NCBI RefSeq assembly: GCF_014280195.1 | Contig: NZ_CP047960.1 | Coordinates: forward strand, 1,320,001-1,352,000 | Direction: 5' to 3' | Source: Synechococcus sp. A15-24 | Lineage (GTDB): Bacteria; Cyanobacteriota; Cyanobacteriia; PCC-6307; Cyanobiaceae | Length of the DNA stretch: 32,000 bases | Shown: piece by piece, positions 19,560-27,846 of the stretch | Numbering within the stretch: position 1 is the stretch's first letter | Layout: each line of letters starts with the position of its first letter | Notes under the pieces: model-generated | What the model was told of the DNA's origin: nothing | Seen by the model: only the letters and a program-made list of their open reading frames with translations | Databases searched by the model: none | Translations under genes and position numbers: made by a program

Positions 19560-20060
19560 TTGAGCCGCTCCCGAAAGTCGCAAACATCCTTCCTGACGAT
19601 CGTCGATTCCGGAGAACGGGAAGTCGCCCGATTGCTCACCTTGATCACCGGTGTTGTGATCCTCGCTGCACTGATTGAGTTGGTCATGTCGCTTGGTTCC
19701 AAGCTCCTGACCGGTTCGGAGGCCACCTGGCTGGGCGATGACCTGATCAAGGTGCTCGGTGATCTGTTGACTGTGCTGATCGCTCTGGAGGTGTTGCAGA
19801 ACATCACCAGCTATCTGCGCCGGCACGTCGTTCAGATCGAATTGGTTCTTGTCACGGCCCTGACGGCTGTGGCCCGCAAAGTGATCGTTCTGCCCTCCGG
19901 CGCTGAAAACAAACCTCAACTGCTTGTAGGCCTTGGCATCGCCGTGGTGTCACTTTCAGCGGCCTATTGGCTGGTCAAGCGCGCCAATGCAGGGCCAACC
20001 AGAGCGTTCCCGGCTCAGGATCGGTCCGTTCCAGCCGATGCCGTCGATGCGGGGGAATGA
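19560..20060 (+). CDS. PsiE-like (phosphate-starvation-inducible E family) membrane protein
   Basis: LLTVLIALEVLQNITSYL...VVQIELVLVTALTAVARKVIV matches the PsiE core pattern. The start is TTG. The last 86 nt overlap the convergent cupin gene, so the 3' end is uncertain. Confidence 0.55.
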   Translation: MSRSRKSQTSFLTIVDSGEREVARLLTLITGVVILAALIELVMSLGSKLLTGSEATWLGDDLIKVLGDLLTVLIALEVLQNITSYLRRHVVQIELVLVTALTAVARKVIVLPSGAENKPQLLVGLGIAVVSLSAAYWLVKRANAGPTRAFPAQDRSVPADAVDAGE

Positions 20061-20490
20061 ACCAATGATCTCCAACGCTGAGGTCGATCTCTTCTGAGGG
20101 GTTGTCACAGCTGATGCGTGCACTGCCCCGCAGCAGCACAACCCATTCGAACGTCTCCTGGCTCATCCATTCCCCTGATGGGGTTGAGGCATCGTTGGAG
20201 TTGATCAGCGAGAGCCACCAATGATCTCCTTCGAGCAGGATGCGCTCTGTTTCATATCCCTTCGACGGCAAGGCCTCCTCCAGCAGGTTGTCGTCGCATA
20301 GACAACTGTCCGGTTCTCCCCAGCGACGCGCAATCTCAAATCCCCAGCTTCTGGCGAGAGCCACCACCTGGTTGTGGTTTGTGCAGGCAGCCAGCGATTG
20401 CCTGCGCTGCTCATCATCTTCAAGGCTCTGAACCAACTGCTGCAGCTGGTTCACCTTGTGCAGGAAGCGACTGAGATCTTGCTCTGTCAT
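19975..20490 (-). CDS. Nif11 domain / cupin domain fusion protein
   Basis: In-frame ATG at 20490 of track ORF 19975..20532. The N-terminal MTEQDLSRFLHKVNQLQQLVQSL...HNQVVALARSWGFEI is Nif11-like. The C-terminal FEWVVLLRGSARI...GDHWFIPPHRRHRLE is cupin-like beta-barrel sequence. Confidence 0.7.
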   Translation of the reverse strand: MTEQDLSRFLHKVNQLQQLVQSLEDDEQRRQSLAACTNHNQVVALARSWGFEIARRWGEPDSCLCDDNLLEEALPSKGYETERILLEGDHWWLSLINSNDASTPSGEWMSQETFEWVVLLRGSARISCDNPSEEIDLSVGDHWFIPPHRRHRLERTDPEPGTLWLALHWRA

Positions 20491-20579
20491 TCCCGATGCA
20501 GCTCGACATGCGGTGATCCTGGCAACAGACACAAGGACTCTCGGACGCCGAAAGTCAGGAAGCCCTGATCTTCCCGCTC

Positions 20580-20810
20580 ATGCCAACAGCGACCAAGGTT
20601 CTGACCATCGGAGATCTGGAAGCAGGCTTCGCCACGTACTGCCAGGCGCTGCGTCGTCTGGTGGCCGACGGCCGTGAGATGGAGTCCATCCGTCGCACCA
20701 TCTGCTGGGATTATCTGCACCGCCTGCACACCTCCCTGCCCCAGAGCTACCGCTCTCCTGAAGAGCTGGTGGCGCGTTACAGAAGAGCTCAGCCCGCTGC
20801 TGCAAACTGA
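20580..20810 (+). CDS. small conserved hypothetical protein
   Basis: Track ORF of 76 aa with an ATG start. It ends 18 nt upstream of the c6-like gene. Confidence 0.45.
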   Translation: MPTATKVLTIGDLEAGFATYCQALRRLVADGREMESIRRTICWDYLHRLHTSLPQSYRSPEELVARYRRAQPAAAN

Positions 20811-20828
20811 GCAGCAGTTGAAACAACA

Positions 20829-21173
20829 TTGGTGAGCCGATTGATCGCCACCGCTGCAGCGGTCCTGATCCTGTTCACATCATTCACAACCAGCGCTCTT
20901 GCCGGTGAGACCTCCGGAGAGGGCGCTGTTTTGTTTGGCCAGCACTGTGCAGGCTGTCATATGAATGGCGGCAACATCATTCGGCGCGGCAAAAATCTCA
21001 AGCTGGCCACCTTGCAACGCCAAGGCCTGGATTCAACAGAAGCGATTGCACGCATTGCCCGGAACGGCATTGGCCAGATGAGCGGCTATGGCGACAAGCT
21101 CGGTGAAGGCGGTGACCAACTGGTGGCAAGCTGGATTCTTGAACAGGCTCAGAATGCCTGGATCCAGGGATAG
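20829..21173 (+). CDS. cytochrome c6-like protein (c6B/c6C group)
   Basis: The product has a signal peptide, the heme site CAGCHMNGGNIIRRGKNL, and GIGQMSGYGDKLGEGG in place of the GKNAMP of true c6. The start is TTG 20829 or GTG 20832. Confidence 0.8.
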   Translation: MVSRLIATAAAVLILFTSFTTSALAGETSGEGAVLFGQHCAGCHMNGGNIIRRGKNLKLATLQRQGLDSTEAIARIARNGIGQMSGYGDKLGEGGDQLVASWILEQAQNAWIQG

Positions 21174-21418
21174 ACCTCAAGGGCCGTCCAGATTCCTTGT
21201 TTCCAATAGATATCGTCCTTCACAAGCTGCCGGACGGTACCAATCGCGTCAGCCTCAAAAATACCGAACACGTGGGTACCCCCCTCAGTTGGCCCCAGAG
21301 TGATCAGGACGCCATCGTCTTTCAGTGATTTCAGACGCGACAAGTGTTCCTGCCGAAATGGCACCCGTTTTTCAAGCGCATCAGCGCTGTATGTCCCCCA
21401 CAGAACAAAACGAGCCAT
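21149..21418 (-). CDS. YciI-like protein
   Basis: In-frame ATG at 21418 of track ORF 21149..21571. MARFVLWGTYSADALEKRVPFRQEHLSRLKSLKDDGVLITLGP matches the YCII-domain pattern. It has a 25-nt convergent overlap with the c6-like gene. Confidence 0.7.
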   Translation of the reverse strand: MARFVLWGTYSADALEKRVPFRQEHLSRLKSLKDDGVLITLGPTEGGTHVFGIFEADAIGTVRQLVKDDIYWKQGIWTALEVYPWIQAF

Positions 21419-21515
21419 AGCAATCCGTGACGACAGAGAAAATATTTCTGAGAAAAGGATGGCACGAGTGGATGACCAAACGCTATGTTGTGAAAGTTGA
21501 TCACTAACGAAACCA

Positions 21516-21887
21516 ATGCTCACTGGGAGCGACCTTCTCAACAAAGTCAAAGAGCTGGGTGATGTCAGCAAGTCCGATCTGGTTCGCGCCTGTGGCTACG
21601 TCTCCAACAAAAAGGACGGTGGCGAGCGCCTGAACTTCACGGCGTTTTATGAATCTCTTCTGGAAGCCAAAGGTGTCAGCCTTGGCACCACCGGCATCGG
21701 TGGCGTCGGCAAAGGCGGACGCAAGCTGAGCTACGTCGCCACAGTTCAAGGAAACGGAAACCTGCTGATTGGTAAGGCCTACACAGCACTTCTGGATCTC
21801 AAACCCGGTGACGAGTTTGAGATCAAACTGGGCCGCAAGCAGATTCGTCTGATGCCTGTCGGAGGCTCCGAAGACGACGAAGAGTGA
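21516..21887 (+). CDS. cyanobacterial AbrB-family transcriptional regulator (cyAbrB)
   Basis: MLTGSDLLNKVKELGDVSKSDLVRACGYVS...ERLNFTAFYESLLEAKG is followed by a C-terminal SpoVT/AbrB-like fold, LLIGKAYTALLDLKPGDEFEIKLGRKQIRL. Confidence 0.85.
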   Translation: MLTGSDLLNKVKELGDVSKSDLVRACGYVSNKKDGGERLNFTAFYESLLEAKGVSLGTTGIGGVGKGGRKLSYVATVQGNGNLLIGKAYTALLDLKPGDEFEIKLGRKQIRLMPVGGSEDDEE

Positions 21888-21946
21888 TGGTCAGAGAGGT
21901 ACTCCGAAAGTACTGACCTGAAGCCCAAAAACGTCCAAAGTTCTTT

Positions 21947-21972
21947 GGCCCTGGTCATTCCAGGGCCTTTTT
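21947..21972 (+). terminator. Rho-independent terminator of the cyAbrB gene
   Basis: GGCCCTGG-tcatt-CCAGGGCC forms a perfect 8-bp stem followed by TTTTT. Confidence 0.8.
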
Positions 21973-22007
21973 CATGTTGGATCGATGCCCTAATTCCCCA
22001 GTCCAGG

Positions 22008-22817
22008 TCAGTCAGCTGCGTTGCGGAGCTCTCTGCAGAATCGTCCGGCTTCCTCAGCAATTTGGCCGTCACTAGCCGCCGCCATGCGCTTGACCAGCGC
22101 ACTACCGACGATGGCGCCGTCAGCTCCCCAGCTGCGCACCTGGCGCACCTGATCGGCTCCAGAGATACCGAAACCCACAGCCACTGGAACCGCCGAGGAT
22201 TGCTTCAGCTCCTGCACAAGCCCCTCCACCCTGGTTTCAATCTGGGCACGTTCCCCGGTGACACCGGTCACGCTCACCAGATAAGTGAAGCCCCGGCTGC
22301 GTTGACCAATTCGCACCATCCGATCAGCGGGGGTTGTGGGTGCAACCAGCAGAATCAGATCCAGTCCCTGTTGTTCCGCCAGAGGCGACAGCCGTTCCGC
22401 TTCCTCCAAGGGCAGATCAGGAACCACAAGCCCAGCGGCTCCCGCCGCTGCAGCGCGTTCACAGAACGCCTCCATGCCCACATTCAGCAAGGGGTTGGAG
22501 TAAGTGAACAAGATCACCGGAATGTTGAGTTGGCCCTTCAAAGAGGTCAGCATTTCCAACACCTTTCCGGGTGTTGTGCCCGCAGCAAGCGCTCGTGCTG
22601 CAGCGGCCTGGATCACAGGACCATCCGCCAGAGGGTCGCTGTAGGGCATCCCCAGCTCCACCATGTCTGCCCCTGAGTTCTGCAAACTCAGCAACACCTC
22701 TGAGGTTGTTGCCAGATCAGGGTCGCCAGCCATTAAAAATGGCATCAAGGCCAGACGCTTCTCCTGTTTGAGCTGCTCAAAGCGCTGAGCGATGGGTGAC
22801 AACATCTGGCTCGACAT
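22008..22817 (-). CDS. trpA: tryptophan synthase alpha chain
   Basis: 269 aa ORF. It contains [34 protein letters not shown] and VGFGIS, the canonical TrpA motifs. Confidence 0.95.
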   Translation of the reverse strand: MSSQMLSPIAQRFEQLKQEKRLALMPFLMAGDPDLATTSEVLLSLQNSGADMVELGMPYSDPLADGPVIQAAAARALAAGTTPGKVLEMLTSLKGQLNIPVILFTYSNPLLNVGMEAFCERAAAAGAAGLVVPDLPLEEAERLSPLAEQQGLDLILLVAPTTPADRMVRIGQRSRGFTYLVSVTGVTGERAQIETRVEGLVQELKQSSAVPVAVGFGISGADQVRQVRSWGADGAIVGSALVKRMAAASDGQIAEEAGRFCRELRNAAD

Positions 22818-22852
22818 CGCGGCGCGACCAATCGGATTGCAACCCGGTGAGC

Positions 22853-23194
22853 CTATGAGCCAGAGGGCGCGTCGGATTCATCCATGCCGATCTTTTGAAG
22901 CAGGGCTTGCTGTTCCTCCGGGGGGAGCGCATCAAATCGTTTCTGGAGATCCTCAGCCTCCTGTTCGTCATACACCTCGCGGTAGCGGCGGCGCTGCTCC
23001 ATGTAGGTCATCTGGCCAGAGACCACACGGAACAAGTAGGACCCCGTCCACACCACCACGATCAACACGAGCAGAGATTGGGCCGCAATCCCGGCTGAGA
23101 AACCTTTCAGGCCGAGAGCATCGAAGCCGACATAACCAACCCCACCAAGCAGCAGAACGACCAGACCGATCAGAAGAACCTTGCCCCGCGTCAA
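22853..23194 (-). CDS. DUF3007-like membrane protein
   Basis: 113 aa with two N-terminal transmembrane segments and an acidic tail ([20 protein letters not shown]). It starts 1 nt after the ndhL stop. The family call is tentative. Confidence 0.6.
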   Translation of the reverse strand: MTRGKVLLIGLVVLLLGGVGYVGFDALGLKGFSAGIAAQSLLVLIVVVWTGSYLFRVVSGQMTYMEQRRRYREVYDEQEAEDLQKRFDALPPEEQQALLQKIGMDESDAPSGS

Positions 23195-23195
23195 C

Positions 23196-23447
23196 TCAGT
23201 TGTCTCCCTGGCCGCTGAGTCGGAAATTCAGGAATGGGGCAAACAGGACCATTCCCGGGAAGAAGAGGAACACAAGGCCGTACACCAAGAGCCGTTCCAC
23301 CTTGCCCATGCGCGTCCAACGGCTGTTCATCCAAAAGAACAGGGCCAACGGCACCACCAGCAGATAAAGACCGCCCAGCAGGGCATAGGCCAGGATCACC
23401 AGCAGGGTGTCCTGAGGGATCGAGGAAACCAGGGACTGCAGGTCCAA
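23196..23447 (-). CDS. ndhL: NAD(P)H-quinone oxidoreductase (NDH-1) subunit L
   Basis: 83 aa. [22 protein letters not shown]...[26 protein letters not shown] matches the NdhL pattern. Confidence 0.8.
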   Translation of the reverse strand: MDLQSLVSSIPQDTLLVILAYALLGGLYLLVVPLALFFWMNSRWTRMGKVERLLVYGLVFLFFPGMVLFAPFLNFRLSGQGDN

Positions 23448-23487
23448 GATCTGAGATCGAATGGGGGAAATCTAGGATGTCCTCCAA

Positions 23488-23573
23488 GGGGGCATGGCGG
23501 AATTGGTAGACGCACGCGACTTAAAATCGTTTGGGCCGAAAGGCCTGTGGGGGTTCAAGTCCCCCTGCCCCCA
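23488..23573 (+). tRNA. tRNA-Leu (anticodon UAA)
   Basis: I folded this by hand. The acceptor stem is GGGGGCA/TGCCCCC and the D-arm is GCG..CGC. The anticodon loop is CTTAAAA (TAA). There is a long variable arm GGCC-gaaa-GGCC and a T-arm GGGGG-TTCAAGT-CCCCC, with discriminator A. CCA is not encoded. Confidence 0.9.
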
Positions 23574-23595
23574 TCAAGCCTCAGCTAACGAATCG

Positions 23596-23898
23596 TCAGT
23601 CAGCCAGCAATGCACCTAGGCGGGTGCGGAACTCTCCTTTGGACATACCGCCCTTCAGTTCCCCGTGAATGGTGAAATCACCCTCCGGGTCAGTGACCAA
23701 GAGATAGGTCGGCCATCCCATCCCCTCCTTGTTGGGATACTGCTTCAGCAGGACTTTGCGGTATTTCCTGTAAGCCTCGGTGTCCTGAAGCATCACCGAG
23801 ACGAACTCGGCACCAAGCTCCTCAGCAACCTTGGCGTCGTAATGGCTCATCTTGTGACAAGTGCCGCAATCCTCTGAGCTGAACTTGATCACATGCAT
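23596..23898 (-). CDS. thioredoxin-fold protein with a CGTC active-site motif
   Basis: 100 aa. [15 protein letters not shown] carries a CxxC motif in the thioredoxin position, and WPTYLL carries the cis-Pro region. The start overlaps the pyrC stop by 10 nt. Confidence 0.7.
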   Translation of the reverse strand: MHVIKFSSEDCGTCHKMSHYDAKVAEELGAEFVSVMLQDTEAYRKYRKVLLKQYPNKEGMGWPTYLLVTDPEGDFTIHGELKGGMSKGEFRTRLGALLAD

Positions 23899-24920
23899 GG
23901 CTGAAGCCTCCAGGGCAGCGTTTCCCCAGCATGGAAGGGAACCAGCCCGTTCACCAGCTCGGGCACGTCAACAGCAACCTTTTCAAGGATGACCGTGTCG
24001 TTGTTCACCGGCAGGCCGTAAAAGGTTGGACCGTGCAGGGAGGCGAAACCTTCGAGGTGATGCATGGCCTCTTCCTCTGCAAAAACCTGGGTGTAGCTCT
24101 CCAGCGCATGGGGGGCATTGAAGATGCCTGCACAGCCGCAGGAGGTTTCCTTGCCGGCTCTCGGATGAGGGGCGGAATCAGTGCCCAGGAAAAACCGTGG
24201 ATCTCCGCTGGTGGCCGCCCGCCGCAGAGCAAGACGATGGCGCTCCCGTTTGGCCACCGGCAGGCAGTAGAAGTCGCTGCGCAAGCCGCCAAGGAACATG
24301 GCGTTGCGATTGATGTGCAGGTGATGGGGTGTGATCGTGGCCGCCAGATTGCTATCGGACGAACCCACGTAATCAACGGCCTGCTCGGTGGTGATGTGCT
24401 CGAACACCACCTTGAGCTCAGGATGACGGGTCCGCAGGACCATCAGATGCCGCTCGATGAACGCCGCTTCCCGATCGAACACATCGACATCCGGATCCGT
24501 CACTTCCCCATGAATGAGCAGAGGCATGCCGATGGCCTCCATCCGGCTCAAGACAGGTCCAATCTGACCGAGATCAGTCACACCAGCGGCTGAATTGGTC
24601 GTGGCGTTCGCGGGATACAGCTTGGCGGCGGTGTAGACCCCCTCCTGGAAACCCCGCTCAAGATCATCTGGATCTGAGTTGTCCGTGAGATAAGCGGTCA
24701 TCAAGGGTGTGAATGCCACCCCTTCAGGACAGGCCGACAGGATGCGGTCGCGGTACGAACGCGCTGCATCCACCGTCGTAATCGGCGGTCGCAGGTTGGG
24801 CATCACGATGGCTCGCCGGAAGCAACGGGCTGTGTAGGCCACAACCCGTTCCAGCATCTCCTCATCTCTGAGGTGAACGTGCCAGTCGTCCGGAGCGGTG
24901 ATCGTGAGCTGTTCAGGCAT
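23889..24920 (-). CDS. pyrC: dihydroorotase (homodimeric, E. coli type)
   Basis: [19 protein letters not shown] has the DDWHxHLRD metal site. Later motifs include [16 protein letters not shown] and [10 protein letters not shown] prefer the ATG at 24920 over the track TTG at 24938. Confidence 0.93.
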   Translation of the reverse strand: MPEQLTITAPDDWHVHLRDEEMLERVVAYTARCFRRAIVMPNLRPPITTVDAARSYRDRILSACPEGVAFTPLMTAYLTDNSDPDDLERGFQEGVYTAAKLYPANATTNSAAGVTDLGQIGPVLSRMEAIGMPLLIHGEVTDPDVDVFDREAAFIERHLMVLRTRHPELKVVFEHITTEQAVDYVGSSDSNLAATITPHHLHINRNAMFLGGLRSDFYCLPVAKRERHRLALRRAATSGDPRFFLGTDSAPHPRAGKETSCGCAGIFNAPHALESYTQVFAEEEAMHHLEGFASLHGPTFYGLPVNNDTVILEKVAVDVPELVNGLVPFHAGETLPWRLQPCM

Positions 24921-26583
24921 GGGTTGGAAGCCCTTCAACCGCCAGACGCAGAGCCGACAGGCGATCAGAGGTGAGATGACCCTCAGGCAAGCGCTCCAGC
25001 AACTTCAGTTTGCGAAGGCGATTCTCGGTGCTTCCGGAAACACCAACCATGAACACATCGCGGCCCACCTCCATCGCTTCTTTCACTGCATTCTCAAGGG
25101 CGATGGCAGCGGTCACCCCCAGGTGGGACACCTCGGAGAGGTCAAACACCACAGCCTGGCAATTGCCGATGGCGTTGTGCTCGCGGGAGATCGCCTTAGC
25201 AACCCCAAAAATCATCGGACCAGCCAACTGGAACAGCAGCACCATGCCGGAGGCTCGATCCAGCAGCTGCTGCTCCTCATCACTGAGCTCCACATCGTCA
25301 TCGGTGGTGCTGATGGTTTTCACCTTTTTGGACTGCAGCGTGCTCATGCGGTCGATCGTGAGCACGTTGGCGACAAACACGCCGATGCCCACTGCAGCGA
25401 TCAGATCCACCAGCACAGTGAGAGCGATCACGCCGTAGGTGATCACCGCAGCTTTCACCGACAGATGGTGGGCCCGCTGGAGAAAATCCCAGTCGATGAT
25501 GTCGATGCCCACCTTCACAGCGATGCCGGCGAGCACCGCCAGGGGGATGCGGGATGCCAGCGGAGCCGCCAGCAACACCACCAGCATCAGCACAATGGCC
25601 CTGACAATGCCGGACAAGGCGGTTCGTCCGCCGGACTGAATGTTGACCACCGTTCCCATGGTGGCTCCGGCACCAGGCATCGCCCCAAACAGCCCGGACA
25701 CGACATTGGCCAGACCCTGGCCGATCAGCTCCTTGTTGGAATTGTGTTCCGTGCGGGTCAGGCTGTCGGCAACCACTGAGGTGAGCAACGCATCAATGCA
25801 GCCGAGCATCCCGAGCACAGCGGCATCGATCACCATCAGCCGCAACTTACCGCTGGAGAACGTCGGCAGCTGGAAGCTGGGAAATGCGGCAGAAAACTCC
25901 GGAATGGTACGCAGACCTGCGCCACTGAACAGGCTCAGAGCCAGCACCGTGCCCACCACAAGTGCCAGCAACTGCGGCGGGCAGACCTTTTTCACCGCAG
26001 AGGGGGTGAACCAAAGGATGGCCAGGGTTATCAAGGCCAGCAGCAGCTCCATGGGCTGGGTTCCCTGAACCAGGGCCGGCATCTCCAACAAGGTGCCTAT
26101 CACCCCCCCCTTGGGAGTGGCCTGTCCCAGGAAGGGCCCCAGTTGCAGCAGCACCAGGATGATGCCGATGCCGGACATGAAGCCCGAAATCACCGTGTAG
26201 GGCATCATCGTGACGTAACGCCCAAGCCGGAACAGACCGAAGAGGATCTGAAAGATCCCGGCCAGAACGCCGACGCTGAAGGCCATCGCCAAGGCCTGCT
26301 CAGGGCTGTCGGCTGTCGCGGTGAAACTGATGATCACTGACGTGAACACCACGGTCATCGGGCCTGTGGGCTCCGAAATCAGGGTGGGCGTGCCACCGAA
26401 CAGCGACGCCATCAGACCGATGATCACCGCCCCCCAGAGACCAGCGGCAGCACCGGCACCCGAAGCGATGCCGAAGGCCAATGCCATGGGCAACGCGATC
26501 ACGGCAGCTGTGAGTCCGCCGAACACATCCCCCTTCAGGTTTGTGGCGTTGATGCGGTTCAGCACGATCCGGCCCAGCGTCAA
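24913..26583 (-). CDS. bicA: SulP-family Na+-dependent bicarbonate transporter BicA type, with C-terminal STAS domain
   Basis: From [39 protein letters not shown]...[12 protein letters not shown]...[19 protein letters not shown]...[20 protein letters not shown], the sequence matches BicA as I remember it almost block for block. The start is TTG 26583 or GTG 26565. The 150 codons upstream in the track ORF overlap the divergent antiporter gene and are rejected. Confidence 0.85.
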   Translation of the reverse strand: MTLGRIVLNRINATNLKGDVFGGLTAAVIALPMALAFGIASGAGAAAGLWGAVIIGLMASLFGGTPTLISEPTGPMTVVFTSVIISFTATADSPEQALAMAFSVGVLAGIFQILFGLFRLGRYVTMMPYTVISGFMSGIGIILVLLQLGPFLGQATPKGGVIGTLLEMPALVQGTQPMELLLALITLAILWFTPSAVKKVCPPQLLALVVGTVLALSLFSGAGLRTIPEFSAAFPSFQLPTFSSGKLRLMVIDAAVLGMLGCIDALLTSVVADSLTRTEHNSNKELIGQGLANVVSGLFGAMPGAGATMGTVVNIQSGGRTALSGIVRAIVLMLVVLLAAPLASRIPLAVLAGIAVKVGIDIIDWDFLQRAHHLSVKAAVITYGVIALTVLVDLIAAVGIGVFVANVLTIDRMSTLQSKKVKTISTTDDDVELSDEEQQLLDRASGMVLLFQLAGPMIFGVAKAISREHNAIGNCQAVVFDLSEVSHLGVTAAIALENAVKEAMEVGRDVFMVGVSGSTENRLRKLKLLERLPEGHLTSDRLSALRLAVEGLPTHA

Positions 26584-26643
26584 GGCTTGTGATCTTAGGC
26601 GGCTTCTCAGCGAAGCAGAATCCTTCCAGAAAGCGCGACTGAC

Positions 26644-27753
26644 ATGCCTGACTTCCTCAGAGCGACCATCGACGTGCTCCTCGGCATCGGCCTGCTCTTT
26701 GGAGGAGGGGAACTGTTCGTGCAGGGCTCTGTGGCTCTTGCGGTGATCTTCGGCATTCCGCAGCTGGTGATCGGTCTCACCGTGGTCTCCCTTGGCACCA
26801 GCGCACCCGAACTGTTTGTCAGCCTGAGTTCGGTGTTGGAGGGCGCCGACACCCTGGCCGTGAGCAATGCCGTCGGAAGCAACATCTTCAATGTGATGGT
26901 GGTTCTTGGGGCCAGCGCACTGGTGCTTCCCCTCAAGGTGGAAAGCCGCCTGGTGCGACGGGATGTTCCCCTGCTCATCGCCATCTCCGCCGCGGTCTGG
27001 GGGATGGCCGCAACCGGTCAGGTGACCTGGCAATCGGGTGTGGCGTTGCTTCTGGCGCTGGTGATCAACACCATCTGGGAAATCCGCACGGCTCGTGAGG
27101 AGCCCGACGGCAGTGAAGGGGCCGAGCCTGAGATCAAAGCCAATGCTGGGCGCGATGGCTGGACCATGGCTGTGGTGCGATTGATCGCCGGGATTGTCGT
27201 CCTCACGATCGGCTCCAGGGTGCTGGTCAGTGGCGCCACATCAGCGGCCTCGCTTCTGGGCGTCAGCGAAGCGGTGATCGGCTTGACCATTGTCTCGGCC
27301 GGTACATCGATGCCGGAGTTGATCACCTCGCTTGTCGCAGCGTTACGAGGTCGGACAGACCTGGCGATCGGCAACGTGGTGGGGAGCTGCCTGCTCAATC
27401 TGATGCTGGTACTGGGTGGTGGGGCTTTGGCAGCTGCCGGTCGTGGCCTTGAAGTGAGCCCTGAACTGATTCAGGATGATTTGCCCATCATGTTGATGAC
27501 CAGCCTCGCCTGTCTGCCGATTTTCTGGACCCGCGGTTGCATCACACGGCTGGAAGGTGGGCTGCTGCTTGGGCTGTACGTGCTGTACGTGATCGACAAC
27601 GTGCTGCCGAGAACAACGCTGTCCAGCTGGTCGGATGAATTCCGCCTGGTGATGCTGTGTCTGGTTCTGCCTGTTGTGATAGTGGTGATCATCACTCAGG
27701 CAATTTTTTACTGGAAGAGAACGAAAGGTCGTCCGGATCACATCCCTGGGTGA
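26644..27753 (+). CDS. CaCA-family Na+/Ca2+ (cation/Ca2+) antiporter, YrbG type
   Basis: 369 aa. Two alpha-repeats are present: GTSAPELFVSL...SNAVGSNIFNVMVVLG and GTSMPELITSL...GNVVGSCLLNLMLVLG. Confidence 0.88.
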   Translation: MPDFLRATIDVLLGIGLLFGGGELFVQGSVALAVIFGIPQLVIGLTVVSLGTSAPELFVSLSSVLEGADTLAVSNAVGSNIFNVMVVLGASALVLPLKVESRLVRRDVPLLIAISAAVWGMAATGQVTWQSGVALLLALVINTIWEIRTAREEPDGSEGAEPEIKANAGRDGWTMAVVRLIAGIVVLTIGSRVLVSGATSAASLLGVSEAVIGLTIVSAGTSMPELITSLVAALRGRTDLAIGNVVGSCLLNLMLVLGGGALAAAGRGLEVSPELIQDDLPIMLMTSLACLPIFWTRGCITRLEGGLLLGLYVLYVIDNVLPRTTLSSWSDEFRLVMLCLVLPVVIVVIITQAIFYWKRTKGRPDHIPG

Positions 27754-27846
27754 GGTGTGAGACGGATGGAGTTGTGTTTCCTCATGAGGGGATGACCGTC
27801 TGAATCTCTCTGTCCATCCTTGGGTCGCGTGTTGCTCGACCTGCCG

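Noticed and set aside
23448-23595. tRNA-Leu as an integration hotspot or genomic-island border.
   Set aside because: There is no integrase, no direct repeat of the tRNA 3' end, and no compositional break that I can see. The flanking genes (ndhL, a Trx-like gene, pyrC) are core genes.
24898-25779. A 293-aa plus-strand ORF and other plus-strand ORFs (25010..26746) opposite bicA.
   Set aside because: They are antisense to the strongly recognisable SulP/BicA gene. They are His/Gln/Gly-rich artefacts.
26103-26110. A C8 homopolymer inside bicA (G8 on the coding strand, encoding KGGV) as a slipped-strand phase-variation switch.
   Set aside because: The reading frame is intact and the encoded PKGGVIG fits the conserved BicA sequence. 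A single run of 8 is not evidence of switching. It would only be worth checking in population or metagenome reads.
26584-27033. The N-terminal 150 codons of track ORF 24913..27033.
   Set aside because: This stretch overlaps the divergent CaCA antiporter gene and has a nonsense-like composition (MPGHLTGCGHPPDRGGDGDE...). The BicA homology begins only at ...NLKGDVFGG, so the start was moved to TTG 26583 or GTG 26565.
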